Part shown: positions 1 through 7,925 of the stretch, in pieces
Numbering within the stretch: the stretch's first letter is position 1
Layout: every line of letters begins with the position of its first letter
NCBI GenBank assembly: GCA_002716355.1
Contig: PBAU01000011.1
Coordinates: forward strand, 56,114 to 88,113
Reading direction: 5' to 3'
Length of the DNA stretch: 32,000 nt
From: a bacterium
Lineage (GTDB): Bacteria > UBP7 > UBA6624
Program-made: the position numbers and the translations under genes
The notes under the pieces: model-generated
Seen by the model: the letters and a program-made list of their open reading frames with translations, nothing else
What the model was told of the DNA's origin: nothing
Database searches by the model: none

Positions 1-633
1 AGTTTCCCTTGTTATTTCTGTTAATTGACTTAACTTAAATTGAGTTTCTTGTGTGTAGTGTTGTATTTTCGATATACCAATTTTGAAAATTTTTGCCAAT
101 ATTGGAACTGTGACAAGAAGTGTGATTGTTAGTCTTGGAGCAACTATAAATAGCACAATTGAGGAAAGCATTATTTTCATAGGAACAATTAACAATTCAG
201 AAATTGTGTATGTGAAAAAATCTGAAATTTTGTTAATATCTGCTGACATTCTTGTCAGCATATCACCATGGCGACCCTTTTTTTGAAACCAGTAATCTGG
301 TATTTTTAGTAGTTTTTCAAAAATAACTATTCTTAACTTTTTTGAAATACTACCGCCAAACCAGGCAGCCATATATTTTGCAAAATAAGTGACGAACCCT
401 TGAATAATCCATAATTTGACAATGACCGGTATTAATTCTTCTATTTTTTCTGGATTGGCCTGACCCAAGCCTTCATCTAGGAGTTCTTGAAGGAAGGTTA
501 AGGCATATATGTTTAAGCCTGTTCCAATTTGAGCAACGATAAATACCATTGCAAAACCTAATGAGAAAGCTTTTAAATTCTTAAATAAATATTCATTTAT
601 TTTTTTCAGTTTTAGGTTTTTATCGTTTTTCAT
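1..633 (-). CDS. ABC exporter, N-terminal transmembrane domain (MsbA / lipid flippase-like); 5' part only, gene continues past the left edge
   Basis: Absent from the ORF track because it has no in-window stop. The reverse complement of 633..1 starts with ATG and stays open for all 211 codons: MKNDKNLKLKKINEYLFKNLKAFSLGFAMVFIVAQIGTGLNIYALTFLQELLDEG...WFGGSISKKLRIVIFEKLLKIPDYWFQKKGRHGDMLTRMSADINKISDFFTYTISELL... It shows alternating hydrophobic helices and the G-D-x-x-x-R-x-x-x-D intracellular-loop pattern typical of type I ABC exporter membrane domains. It lies divergent to the lpxB-like gene. Confidence 0.6.
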   Translation of the reverse strand, partial: MKNDKNLKLKKINEYLFKNLKAFSLGFAMVFIVAQIGTGLNIYALTFLQELLDEGLGQANPEKIEELIPVIVKLWIIQGFVTYFAKYMAAWFGGSISKKLRIVIFEKLLKIPDYWFQKKGRHGDMLTRMSADINKISDFFTYTISELLIVPMKIMLSSIVLFIVAPRLTITLLVTVPILAKIFKIGISKIQHYTQETQFKLSQLTEITRET

Positions 634-695
634 TTACTTGTTTTTTTTAGAAATCAGGATATTATTACTAAATAATTTTACTTGTGAAAAAGCAT
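634..695. promoter_or_regulatory. Short AT-rich divergent intergenic region, presumably carrying promoters for the MsbA-like and lpxB-like genes
   Basis: This is the only place in the window where transcription direction changes. It spans about 50-60 bp between the two start codons. No convincing -35/-10 pair could be singled out by eye. Confidence 0.3.
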
Positions 696-1748
696 ATGTT
701 AATACTTGCACCTGATCCTTCAGGTGATTTTATAGCTTCAAGGATAGCGGAAGCATGGATTAGAGCCGGTCAAGGTTCGGTTAAGGCTTTAGGCGGATCT
801 TTTTTGAAATCTGCAGGTGCTGATGTTTTTGTTTCTCAAGATCCTTTTTCAACAATTGGTTTTGTTGATGCTGTTTTGAATCTGCCAAAAACATTCAAAG
901 AAGGCAAAAGAATCAAAAAGGAGTTGATTAATTCGTCTGTTTTAGTTATTGTGGACGGCAGATATTTGCTTGAAAGATTTTCCCCTATTGCAAAAAAAAT
1001 GTCAATCCCTGTTGTTTGGGTTGCACCTAGTCCTGACTGGAAAAAAAAGGGGGAAACCTTAAGAACAAAAAAACTAGAGGTTTTGGCAGATCTTTTGTTG
1101 GTTACTGACGAAATGTCTTGGATGGCTTATTCAAATAGCAGGAAAGCTATAAGGGTTAAAAATCCTCATTTTAATATTTCTGAAAATAAAGATGAAGGCT
1201 TGTTGGGGTTTTTTTTGGGCAGTAGAAAAAAAGAAGTGGAAAGGTTGATGCCAGTTTTTTTGAAACTAGCTGAGCGTTTTAAAACAAAAAAAATTATTGT
1301 CTCTGATGCTTTTGGGTATATTGGGGATAAGTTTAATCAGTTTTCAAATGTTGAGATTAGCAAAGAGGATGCAAAGAAGATAATTCCTTCATGCAGGGTT
1401 GCTGTTGCCTGTAATGGAACCCTTGTCCAGCAATGTGTAGTTTCTAAAACACCTGTTGTTGCGGTGTATAAAACAAGTAATTTGTTGTGGAATGTTTTAA
1501 GTGTTTCTAAACTTTTTGGAAAGACTCCAAAATTTTGGACCCATCCAAATATTTTTGCTGAAAAAGAAATTATTCCAGAAAGAATACAGAATCTTTGCAA
1601 TCCCGACATGCTTGAAAAAGATATTAATGATATGTGGATAAATAAATCTAGATATGTGAATCGGTTTTTGAAAATAACAAATAAATATAATTCAGGCTCC
1701 ACTCTTGCCGAATCTGTTGAAAGTATAAAGACGCTTGCAAATGAATAA
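684..1748 (+). CDS. lpxB: Lipid-A-disaccharide synthase (GT19)
   Basis: The N-terminus LILAPDPSGDFIASRIAEAWIRAG matches the LpxB (V/I)AGE(A/T)SGD..G..L..AL signature. The C-terminal ACNGTLVQQCVVSKTPVVAVYK ... HPNIFAEKEIIPERIQNLCNPDMLEKDI parallels the E. coli LpxB segment SGTA(T/A)LE..L...PMVV.Y ... LPNLLAGRELV.ELLQEEC.P..LA. The listed start is GTG at 684; ATG at 696 is an alternative. Confidence 0.7.
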   Translation: MKKHMLILAPDPSGDFIASRIAEAWIRAGQGSVKALGGSFLKSAGADVFVSQDPFSTIGFVDAVLNLPKTFKEGKRIKKELINSSVLVIVDGRYLLERFSPIAKKMSIPVVWVAPSPDWKKKGETLRTKKLEVLADLLLVTDEMSWMAYSNSRKAIRVKNPHFNISENKDEGLLGFFLGSRKKEVERLMPVFLKLAERFKTKKIIVSDAFGYIGDKFNQFSNVEISKEDAKKIIPSCRVAVACNGTLVQQCVVSKTPVVAVYKTSNLLWNVLSVSKLFGKTPKFWTHPNIFAEKEIIPERIQNLCNPDMLEKDINDMWINKSRYVNRFLKITNKYNSGSTLAESVESIKTLANE

Positions 1749-2307
1749 TCAGGAAAAACTTAAAGTTTTTACTGATCTTTTAAGGGGCGCTTCGTGGCGC
1801 GCTGTTGGCTGGAGAGATGTTGATCAGATATTAGAGTTAGGGGTTCTCGATTCGCATTATGCTTTTAAGAATTTAGATTTATTTGAAAAAAAAGAATTTA
1901 AATTATGGTTGGATGTTGGTTCAGGTAATGGTTTAAACGCTATTCCGTTGGCTTTGATGTTTCCGGATTGGAAAGGTGTTTTTGTAGAGAAAAATTTTAA
2001 AAAAGCAGATTGGCTGAAGGAAACATTGAATTTTTTAGATATGCATTATGAGGTATTAAATTTTGATGTTCGTAAAATGGTCGAAAAGCCTGATCGTTAT
2101 GACGTTATAACTGCAAGAGCTTTATTTCCTCCAAATATTGCATTCAAAACACTTAGTCCATTGTTAAATAAAAATGGTTTTTTAATTCTTTTTTGCGGAA
2201 AAGATGCTAGCGTTGCTTCAAATAAAAAATTTAAAATCATGACACATGACTATGAAATCGATGCTTTTGGAGAGAATAGAAAGCTTATTATTGCTATTAA
2301 GCTCTAA
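1735..2307 (+). CDS. rsmG: 16S rRNA (guanine527-N7)-methyltransferase RsmG/GidB
   Basis: SAM-binding motif LDVGSGNGLNAIPLALMFPDW, followed by VFVEKNFKKADWL and the RsmG-typical DVITARALFP (canonical V.SRA.A). Size is about 190 aa. It overlaps the lpxB stop; an alternative ATG lies at 1741. Confidence 0.7.
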   Translation: MQMNNQEKLKVFTDLLRGASWRAVGWRDVDQILELGVLDSHYAFKNLDLFEKKEFKLWLDVGSGNGLNAIPLALMFPDWKGVFVEKNFKKADWLKETLNFLDMHYEVLNFDVRKMVEKPDRYDVITARALFPPNIAFKTLSPLLNKNGFLILFCGKDASVASNKKFKIMTHDYEIDAFGENRKLIIAIKL

Positions 2308-2327
2308 TAAAAAATAGAATTTTAACA

Positions 2328-5300
2328 ATGATTTTTGGCTTTAAACAAAATCCTAAAAAAAAGATATTAGCTTTTTTTAAAAAAGGTAAAAGCGATAGCG
2401 CTATAGAGCACCTCGAAAAATCCTGGAGTGAGATAGGCGTTCAAGATCGAGTAGAGATATTAGATTCATGGACTTTAAAGAAATCAGATAATGAGATGCA
2501 GCAAAAATGGTTATCTTTTGTTGAGAAGCATGCTTCGGACCAAGGCCCTTTGGATGATCTGGAAAGTAAAATCCGCAAAAATGCTGATAATGATTATGTT
2601 TTTGATTATGAGTTATGGGTTAATTTAGCCAACCAGCATAAAAATGATTTTTTCTTGGTGCTTGCTACTGGAAATGAAATTTTTCCATATGGTGATTATT
2701 CTTCTTTTTTAAAAAATAAAATCGATCCATTATTTATTTTTTTTATGAGGAGAAGATTAGCTTCTGAGTTAAAAATTTGCAAAGAATTATTACCCTTTTT
2801 GAAACACCTTGTGAAAGGTGATAAAGATGATATGGTGAAAAATTTATATGTTGAATATTTATTCAAACATAAGATATGGGAACAAAAAAATATTTCACTT
2901 GTGCAAAATTATTTAGTTAAAAATTTTAAGAATACAGATATTTCAGACTGGGCATTCCAGAATCTAAAAGCCCCTCTTTCGGATAAGTGGTTCGATTTGT
3001 TGAAGCGGTCTTTCAAGAGTAAACCTACGTCTTCTAATAAAAAATTACTTGCATGGTGTTGTTTTGAAAAAGGTATATATTTTGAGCCTTTGGAGGAAGA
3101 GATTGCTAACATAGGTATGCAAAATAAAAATACTAGATTGAAAGCAGTTGACATATTGTTGAGGTCAAAAAAACCAACCCCTCAAACGGTTAAGCTTTTC
3201 TGCCTGTCTTCTTCTGAGTGTCCTTCAAATGAGTTAATTTTGATTTTTTTAATTCAGCATCTTGAAGATGAGAAGTTGTTACACACACTTGTTTCTGCAA
3301 GAAATATTAATGAGAATTTAATTTCAGAATTTTTTTCAAGATGGAAAAAATCAACTCCAAGTGATTTAAATCTTGTTGTTAGGGTTCTTCAGCAATCATT
3401 ATCGTTGGGTTTGAGCTTATCAAAAAATGAATTAAAAATATTCTCTTCTTTAAGAGATCAAAAGGTTCTTTTTTGGCTTGCATCACTTGGGTTTGTTTCT
3501 GAAAATTTTGAATTAGTACAGGATTTAATTGGACGTATGGATAAAAAAATAAAATCTTATTTTGAATACAAGATGAATCTTCATTTTTCAAACAAGAAAT
3601 ACGATTTCTTGAAAAATCATTTTGATTTCCCTTGGAGCCTTATGGACAAGGCTCAATATCTTGAAAGCATTTCAGAATTCACAAAAGCAAATGAGATATA
3701 CAAGGAGGCTTGCGGAACCAAACATTATTCAGGTATATTCGCGAAATTAAAAATGGTAGCTAATGGTGTTGAGGTTTTGACTGATTCTGATTTCAAAAAA
3801 ATGAAAAATATTTCAAGTTCAGACTTAGCTGAACTGTTTTTCTTGAATGGTTTGTTTTACGTGGACAAAGGTAACTGGCTGCAATGTGAAAACTTCTTCA
3901 AGAAAGCTTATGAGCAAAAAGAAGATAAACGTTATATAAGTTCTTTAATTGAAATTTATTACAGATGGTCATCGGAATTGATATTGGAAAAAAAATTATC
4001 CAAAGCACAAGCTATTATTGAAAAAGGCCTGTCTATCGGTGATGATCCAAGATTAGTGAAGAATTTGATTTTGACAAATCCTAAAGTCACATCATGGAAT
4101 CAAATAAAAAAAATAAAATTAAAAAATATTGAAGACGAATTGTTATCAGATTATTTCTGGATTGCCTGGCGTTCTGGAGATTATAAAAATGCTGATGCTG
4201 CCTTAAAGAGATGCATACCTTTAAGCAAATCTGAGACATTTATTAAAAGAATCGCTCGGTATTATTTAGAAATGCCAATTCCAAAAGATGACAGTTTGAA
4301 AGGTAAAATTTGGGAAAAATTACATGTTTTGAATCGTCCATGGCTTACTGCTGCTATAGCTGTATCTCAAGATGAAAAACCACCTTTTCCAAAAGAGGTA
4401 CCGTCTGGAATTGAAAAATTATTAACAGGTTGGAGTTTAATGCAGATTGGCCAATTAGAAAATGCACAATTTCATTTTTCTAAACTTTTAAATGGACCTA
4501 TAAAAAATCTTGGAACTGGCATTAAAAGAGCAAGGTCACATATTGTTTTAGGTTATTGCCTTTTGGCCTGTAGGGATCTTGAATCTGCGGAAGAGGCGTG
4601 GAGCCGAAGTGCTCATTTCGGTATTAGCAATTCCCTTGTTAGCACTTTAAAATTTGTGATTGAACTAGAAAAAGGGGTTAAGAAAGCTTTGGCTGGAAGA
4701 AACCCATTGAAAAATTATGTGAAAGCTTTAAATCATCCAATTACAAAAGATGCTGCCGAAAAAAATTTAGCCATTCATTTTACTTTTTCAGGAGATTTTT
4801 TAAATGCTGGTAAGTATTGGGACAGTCTTGTTGAGAACTTTTCTGAAAAAAAATCCCCAGAAGAAGAGGTTTGGCTTGATATAAGTATCCAGATGGCAAG
4901 CTATTGTCACAAAATTAAGGATGGGAAAGATATTAATTTGATAGAGATGGCAGCTTTGGAGGATGAGGTTGAAAACATAAAGAAACAACTTAAGAGTTAT
5001 AGAGATTTAGGAGTTGATCCAGGTGTTTCTGAAGATGACTTGGAAAGAGCTTATTTCCAGCGTATCAAAAATTTCACACCTGAAAAAAATCCAGAAGAAT
5101 TTCGAAGAATAGAAGAAGCAAGGCAGTTTATTGCAGATCCAGACTTGAGATTAAGGACTGAATTGTTCACTCAGTCTGGCGTAAAAAAGAATAAACTGCT
5201 TCAGTTTTTGTCTTTTTATGAATGTGATCCATTAGATTTTTTTGTTGATCTGGTTGAAAAACCTGATTTTCTTCCTGAATTAACCTTTTTCAAAAATTAT

Positions 5301-5399
5301 GATCTTGAACTGCCAGAAAGTAATGAAGCGATCATTAGAAATTCTTTTGCAGAATGCAGGAGAAATGAACCTTTTGAATCGGAGTCTAATTTCTTTTAA
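2328..5399 (+). CDS. Large (1023 aa) helical-repeat (TPR-like) protein with a C-terminal J-like domain lacking HPD
   Basis: Long uninterrupted ORF with Lys/Leu/Glu-rich helical-repeat character, e.g. GNWLQCENFFKKAYEQ, GDYKNADAALKRCI and GQLENAQFHFSKLL. Near the C-terminus, YRDLGVDPGVSEDDLERAYFQRIKNFTPEKNPEEFRRIEEARQFIADPDLR aligns with the DnaJ J-domain consensus (Y..LGV...AS..EIK.AYR.LA...HPD.NP....F..I.EAY.VLSDP..R). Confidence 0.6.
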   Translation: MIFGFKQNPKKKILAFFKKGKSDSAIEHLEKSWSEIGVQDRVEILDSWTLKKSDNEMQQKWLSFVEKHASDQGPLDDLESKIRKNADNDYVFDYELWVNLANQHKNDFFLVLATGNEIFPYGDYSSFLKNKIDPLFIFFMRRRLASELKICKELLPFLKHLVKGDKDDMVKNLYVEYLFKHKIWEQKNISLVQNYLVKNFKNTDISDWAFQNLKAPLSDKWFDLLKRSFKSKPTSSNKKLLAWCCFEKGIYFEPLEEEIANIGMQNKNTRLKAVDILLRSKKPTPQTVKLFCLSSSECPSNELILIFLIQHLEDEKLLHTLVSARNINENLISEFFSRWKKSTPSDLNLVVRVLQQSLSLGLSLSKNELKIFSSLRDQKVLFWLASLGFVSENFELVQDLIGRMDKKIKSYFEYKMNLHFSNKKYDFLKNHFDFPWSLMDKAQYLESISEFTKANEIYKEACGTKHYSGIFAKLKMVANGVEVLTDSDFKKMKNISSSDLAELFFLNGLFYVDKGNWLQCENFFKKAYEQKEDKRYISSLIEIYYRWSSELILEKKLSKAQAIIEKGLSIGDDPRLVKNLILTNPKVTSWNQIKKIKLKNIEDELLSDYFWIAWRSGDYKNADAALKRCIPLSKSETFIKRIARYYLEMPIPKDDSLKGKIWEKLHVLNRPWLTAAIAVSQDEKPPFPKEVPSGIEKLLTGWSLMQIGQLENAQFHFSKLLNGPIKNLGTGIKRARSHIVLGYCLLACRDLESAEEAWSRSAHFGISNSLVSTLKFVIELEKGVKKALAGRNPLKNYVKALNHPITKDAAEKNLAIHFTFSGDFLNAGKYWDSLVENFSEKKSPEEEVWLDISIQMASYCHKIKDGKDINLIEMAALEDEVENIKKQLKSYRDLGVDPGVSEDDLERAYFQRIKNFTPEKNPEEFRRIEEARQFIADPDLRLRTELFTQSGVKKNKLLQFLSFYECDPLDFFVDLVEKPDFLPELTFFKNYDLELPESNEAIIRNSFAECRRNEPFESESNFF

Positions 5400-5406
5400 T
5401 TGATTT

Positions 5407-5847
5407 ATGTCTGATGATTCTTTTTCTTGGAGTTGTTGTGGTTTTAAAGACGATTACCCTAAATCACTTTTCCCTATAGTTTTATCTTTTGGTATAGCAT
5501 TTTTTGTAACTTCAGTATATTTTAGTTTTTACGAGGCTTTTTTTTGGGGTTTTATAATGATTTTTTCTTGGATTAATTATTTTATTAAATTTGATTATCA
5601 GATCAACAAGAAGCATGTCAGAATAAATTTTTTCAACAATTCGGTAAAGAAAAATTTGAATAAATTTAAATCAGCACATTTTCATTTGAAAGGTGTTTAT
5701 TTATCCCCAACAGCAAAAAAAAGCTTCTATGGCGGCTTAAAGGGTTCATGGATATATTTACCTTCTGATGTTGAGAAAAGGAAAAAGATAATCGATATCG
5801 TTTCAAAAAAAATCCAAATAGTTAAAAGTCACGATCATATAAATTAG
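5407..5847 (+). CDS. Small membrane protein (two N-terminal hydrophobic helices plus a basic about 80-aa tail), function unknown
   Basis: Hydrophobic segments LFPIVLSFGIAFFVTSVYFSFY and FFWGFIMIFSWINYFI are followed by a Lys-rich soluble region. It is tightly packed between its neighbours. The two-TM plus small-domain layout resembles membrane-flanked bacterial PH-like proteins, but that is a guess. Confidence 0.45.
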   Translation: MSDDSFSWSCCGFKDDYPKSLFPIVLSFGIAFFVTSVYFSFYEAFFWGFIMIFSWINYFIKFDYQINKKHVRINFFNNSVKKNLNKFKSAHFHLKGVYLSPTAKKSFYGGLKGSWIYLPSDVEKRKKIIDIVSKKIQIVKSHDHIN

Positions 5848-5865
5848 GATTCCATATTAGGTATT

Positions 5866-6153
5866 ATGTTTAGAAAGATTTTTTCTGGTGAAAGTTGGAA
5901 AGCTGAGAGTGATGAAGATTTTGCTTCAAACCTTGTAGATAACGGCCTAGGGGTTCCTTCAGTGTTTTTATTAGAGTTAGCAAAACCTTTGAACGTTTTG
6001 GCATCTTCGGCATTTACGGTTCTTTCACCAGTCGGACACTTGTTTTTCGATAGGGAAAAATGGGATGTTGTGCCGGATTTTTTTTCAGACAGGAAAAGAA
6101 TCGAAGATATGATAAATTCAATAGAAAAGGAATTAGCTGCTCATGAATCATAA
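5866..6153 (+). CDS. Hypothetical 95-aa protein, probable first gene of the uncharacterised operon
   Basis: The ORF overlaps the downstream ATPase gene by 11 nt (6143..6153). It has an acidic N-terminus, a central hydrophobic stretch VPSVFLLELAKPLNVLASSAFTVLSPVG and an acidic C-terminal helix. I recognised no family. Confidence 0.5.
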   Translation: MFRKIFSGESWKAESDEDFASNLVDNGLGVPSVFLLELAKPLNVLASSAFTVLSPVGHLFFDREKWDVVPDFFSDRKRIEDMINSIEKELAAHES

Positions 6154-7921
6154 AAATTTTATCGCTACTGATTGTGGCTCAACTACTACAAAGGCAATTT
6201 ACATCGAGAAAAAAAAGGATGGCTACAGGTTGGAAAAAAGAGGAGAGGCTCCTACCACCGTCGAAGCCCCTTTTGAGGATGTTACAGCAGGAGTGGTTAA
6301 TTCTGTAGAAGAGTTAGAGGAACTGTCAAAGAAAGCATTTTTATTGAAGGATGGCAAAGGCGTTATTAGGCCTAATGACGGAAAGAAAGGTGTCGATGCT
6401 TATGTTTCAACGTCATCTGCTGGTGGTGGCTTGCAGATGTTGGTAGCTGGAGTTGTGAAAGAAATGACTGCAGAGAGTGCGAATAGAGCTGCTTTGGGTG
6501 CTGGATCAATTGTGATGGATGCTCTTGCAATTAATGATGGTAGAAAAACATGGGAAAGAATTGAGCTAATTAGAAACTTAAGGCCAGACATGATTCTTCT
6601 TTCTGGAGGTACTGATGGTGGTGATGTTAATCATGTTGTTGAAATGGCAGAAGTGATTAAGGAAGCAAAACCAACATCAAGATTGGGTTCGGCTAAATTG
6701 CCAGTGATTTATGCTGGAAACATTGATGCAAGAAATACTGTTCAAGAAATATTAGGTGAAGTTTGTGATTTGTTTATCGTAGATAATCTTAGGCCAACTC
6801 TTGAATCTGAAAATCTTGGACCAGCAAGAGAGAAAATTCATGAGTTGTTTATGGAGCATGTCATGCAACAGGCTCCCGGATATCCAAAATTGATATCCTG
6901 GACTGACGCTCCAATTATGCCTACTCCAGGCGCAGTAGGTTCTTTAATAGAGCGAATTGCTGAAAAAGAAAAAATCCAGGTTGTAGGTGTTGATATAGGT
7001 GGTGCTACCACAGACATTTTCAGTGTTTTTTCTGACAAATTCAATCGAACTGTATCTGCCAATTTAGGTATGTCTTATTCCATTTCTCAAGTTATGGCTG
7101 AAGCTGGTTGGAAAAACGTTATGCGTTGGGTCCCTTTTGAAATGGATGAACAAGATTTGCGAAACAGAATTAAGAACAAAATGATAAGACCAACTACCAT
7201 CCCTCAAACGTTAGAGGAGTTGATTATTGAACAAGCATTAGCAAGAGAGGCTCTTTCTCTTTCTTTTGAACACCATAAATCTTTAGCTGTTGGTCTTAAA
7301 GGTGTTCAGCAACAGAGAACAATAGCAGATGCCTTTTCACAAAAATCAGGAGGAGAATCATTGATTAAAATGTCAGATCTTGATTTGCTTATAGGTTCAG
7401 GAGGTGTTTTGTCGCACGCTCCTAGAAGAGTTCAGTCAATGTCTATGCTGATCGATGCTTTTCAACCTGAGGGAATTACTGAACTGGCGGTAGATAGTAT
7501 TTTTATGATGCCTCATTTAGGAGTTCTTTCAACCATAAATGCTGATGCTGCTGTTGAGGTATTTGATAAGGATTGCTTAGTGAGGTTAGGCACATGTGTT
7601 GCTCCAAAAGGAGAAGCAAGAAAAGGGGAATCCATTTTAAAGGTTGAACTTGCTGATGGTAACTCTTTTGAGATGGGTTTTGGAGAGATAAAACTTATCG
7701 ATCTTGGGGTTGGTGAAAAATTAGAAGCAAAATTGTCTCCTGCAAAAAAGGTTGATTTAGGAGATGGCCCTGGTAAGGAAATGTCCGTCAGCTTAACCGG
7801 TGGGCAAGTCGGTGTTATTTTTGATACTAGAGGTAGACCTTTAACAATATCTACAAATGAGGAGGAAAGGATAAGAAGTTTGAAAACTTGGCATGAAAGT
7901 TTGAATCTTTATCCGGAATAG
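6143..7921 (+). CDS. ASKHA (actin/HSP70-fold) ATPase of the GlmL/MutL (glutamate-mutase accessory protein L) type
   Basis: Two phosphate-binding motifs occur at the spacing expected for this fold: IATDCGSTTTKAIY near the N-terminus and VVGVDIGGATTDIFSV mid-protein. It also has LLSGGTDGGD and LIGSGGVLSHAP, which I associate with the GlmL/MutL and EutA-like reactivase group. This is not the DNA-mismatch-repair MutL. Confidence 0.6.
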   Translation: MNHKNFIATDCGSTTTKAIYIEKKKDGYRLEKRGEAPTTVEAPFEDVTAGVVNSVEELEELSKKAFLLKDGKGVIRPNDGKKGVDAYVSTSSAGGGLQMLVAGVVKEMTAESANRAALGAGSIVMDALAINDGRKTWERIELIRNLRPDMILLSGGTDGGDVNHVVEMAEVIKEAKPTSRLGSAKLPVIYAGNIDARNTVQEILGEVCDLFIVDNLRPTLESENLGPAREKIHELFMEHVMQQAPGYPKLISWTDAPIMPTPGAVGSLIERIAEKEKIQVVGVDIGGATTDIFSVFSDKFNRTVSANLGMSYSISQVMAEAGWKNVMRWVPFEMDEQDLRNRIKNKMIRPTTIPQTLEELIIEQALAREALSLSFEHHKSLAVGLKGVQQQRTIADAFSQKSGGESLIKMSDLDLLIGSGGVLSHAPRRVQSMSMLIDAFQPEGITELAVDSIFMMPHLGVLSTINADAAVEVFDKDCLVRLGTCVAPKGEARKGESILKVELADGNSFEMGFGEIKLIDLGVGEKLEAKLSPAKKVDLGDGPGKEMSVSLTGGQVGVIFDTRGRPLTISTNEEERIRSLKTWHESLNLYPE

Positions 7922-7925
7922 ATTT

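Noticed and set aside
83-286. 67-aa + strand ORF in the ORF track
   Set aside because: It lies entirely inside, and antisense to, the 211-codon open frame of the MsbA-like gene on the - strand (633..1), which has a clear ABC-exporter membrane-domain sequence. The + ORF has no recognisable features.
1041-1053. Homopolymer tracts as phase-variation switches (A8G5 in lpxB at 1041-1053; A10 in the asparaginase-like gene at 20432-20441)
   Set aside because: A-runs encoding Lys are abundant throughout this AT-rich window, in housekeeping genes too. Without population or read-level length variation there is no evidence for phase variation.
1337-1702. Antisense ORFs nested in long + strand genes (also 2909-3154, 3379-3591, 15164-15499, 23520-23786, 28498-28734, 29992-30366 and the other - strand track entries)
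   Set aside because: All are short, lie within longer + strand ORFs that have family motifs or paralog support, and have low-complexity translations. These are shadow ORFs of the kind expected in an AT-rich sequence.
6143-7921. Reading 'MutL' as the DNA mismatch-repair protein
   Set aside because: It has no GHKL ATPase motifs. The motifs are ASKHA-type (DxGSTxTK, DIGGATTD), so the similarity is to the glutamate-mutase-associated MutL/GlmL family only.
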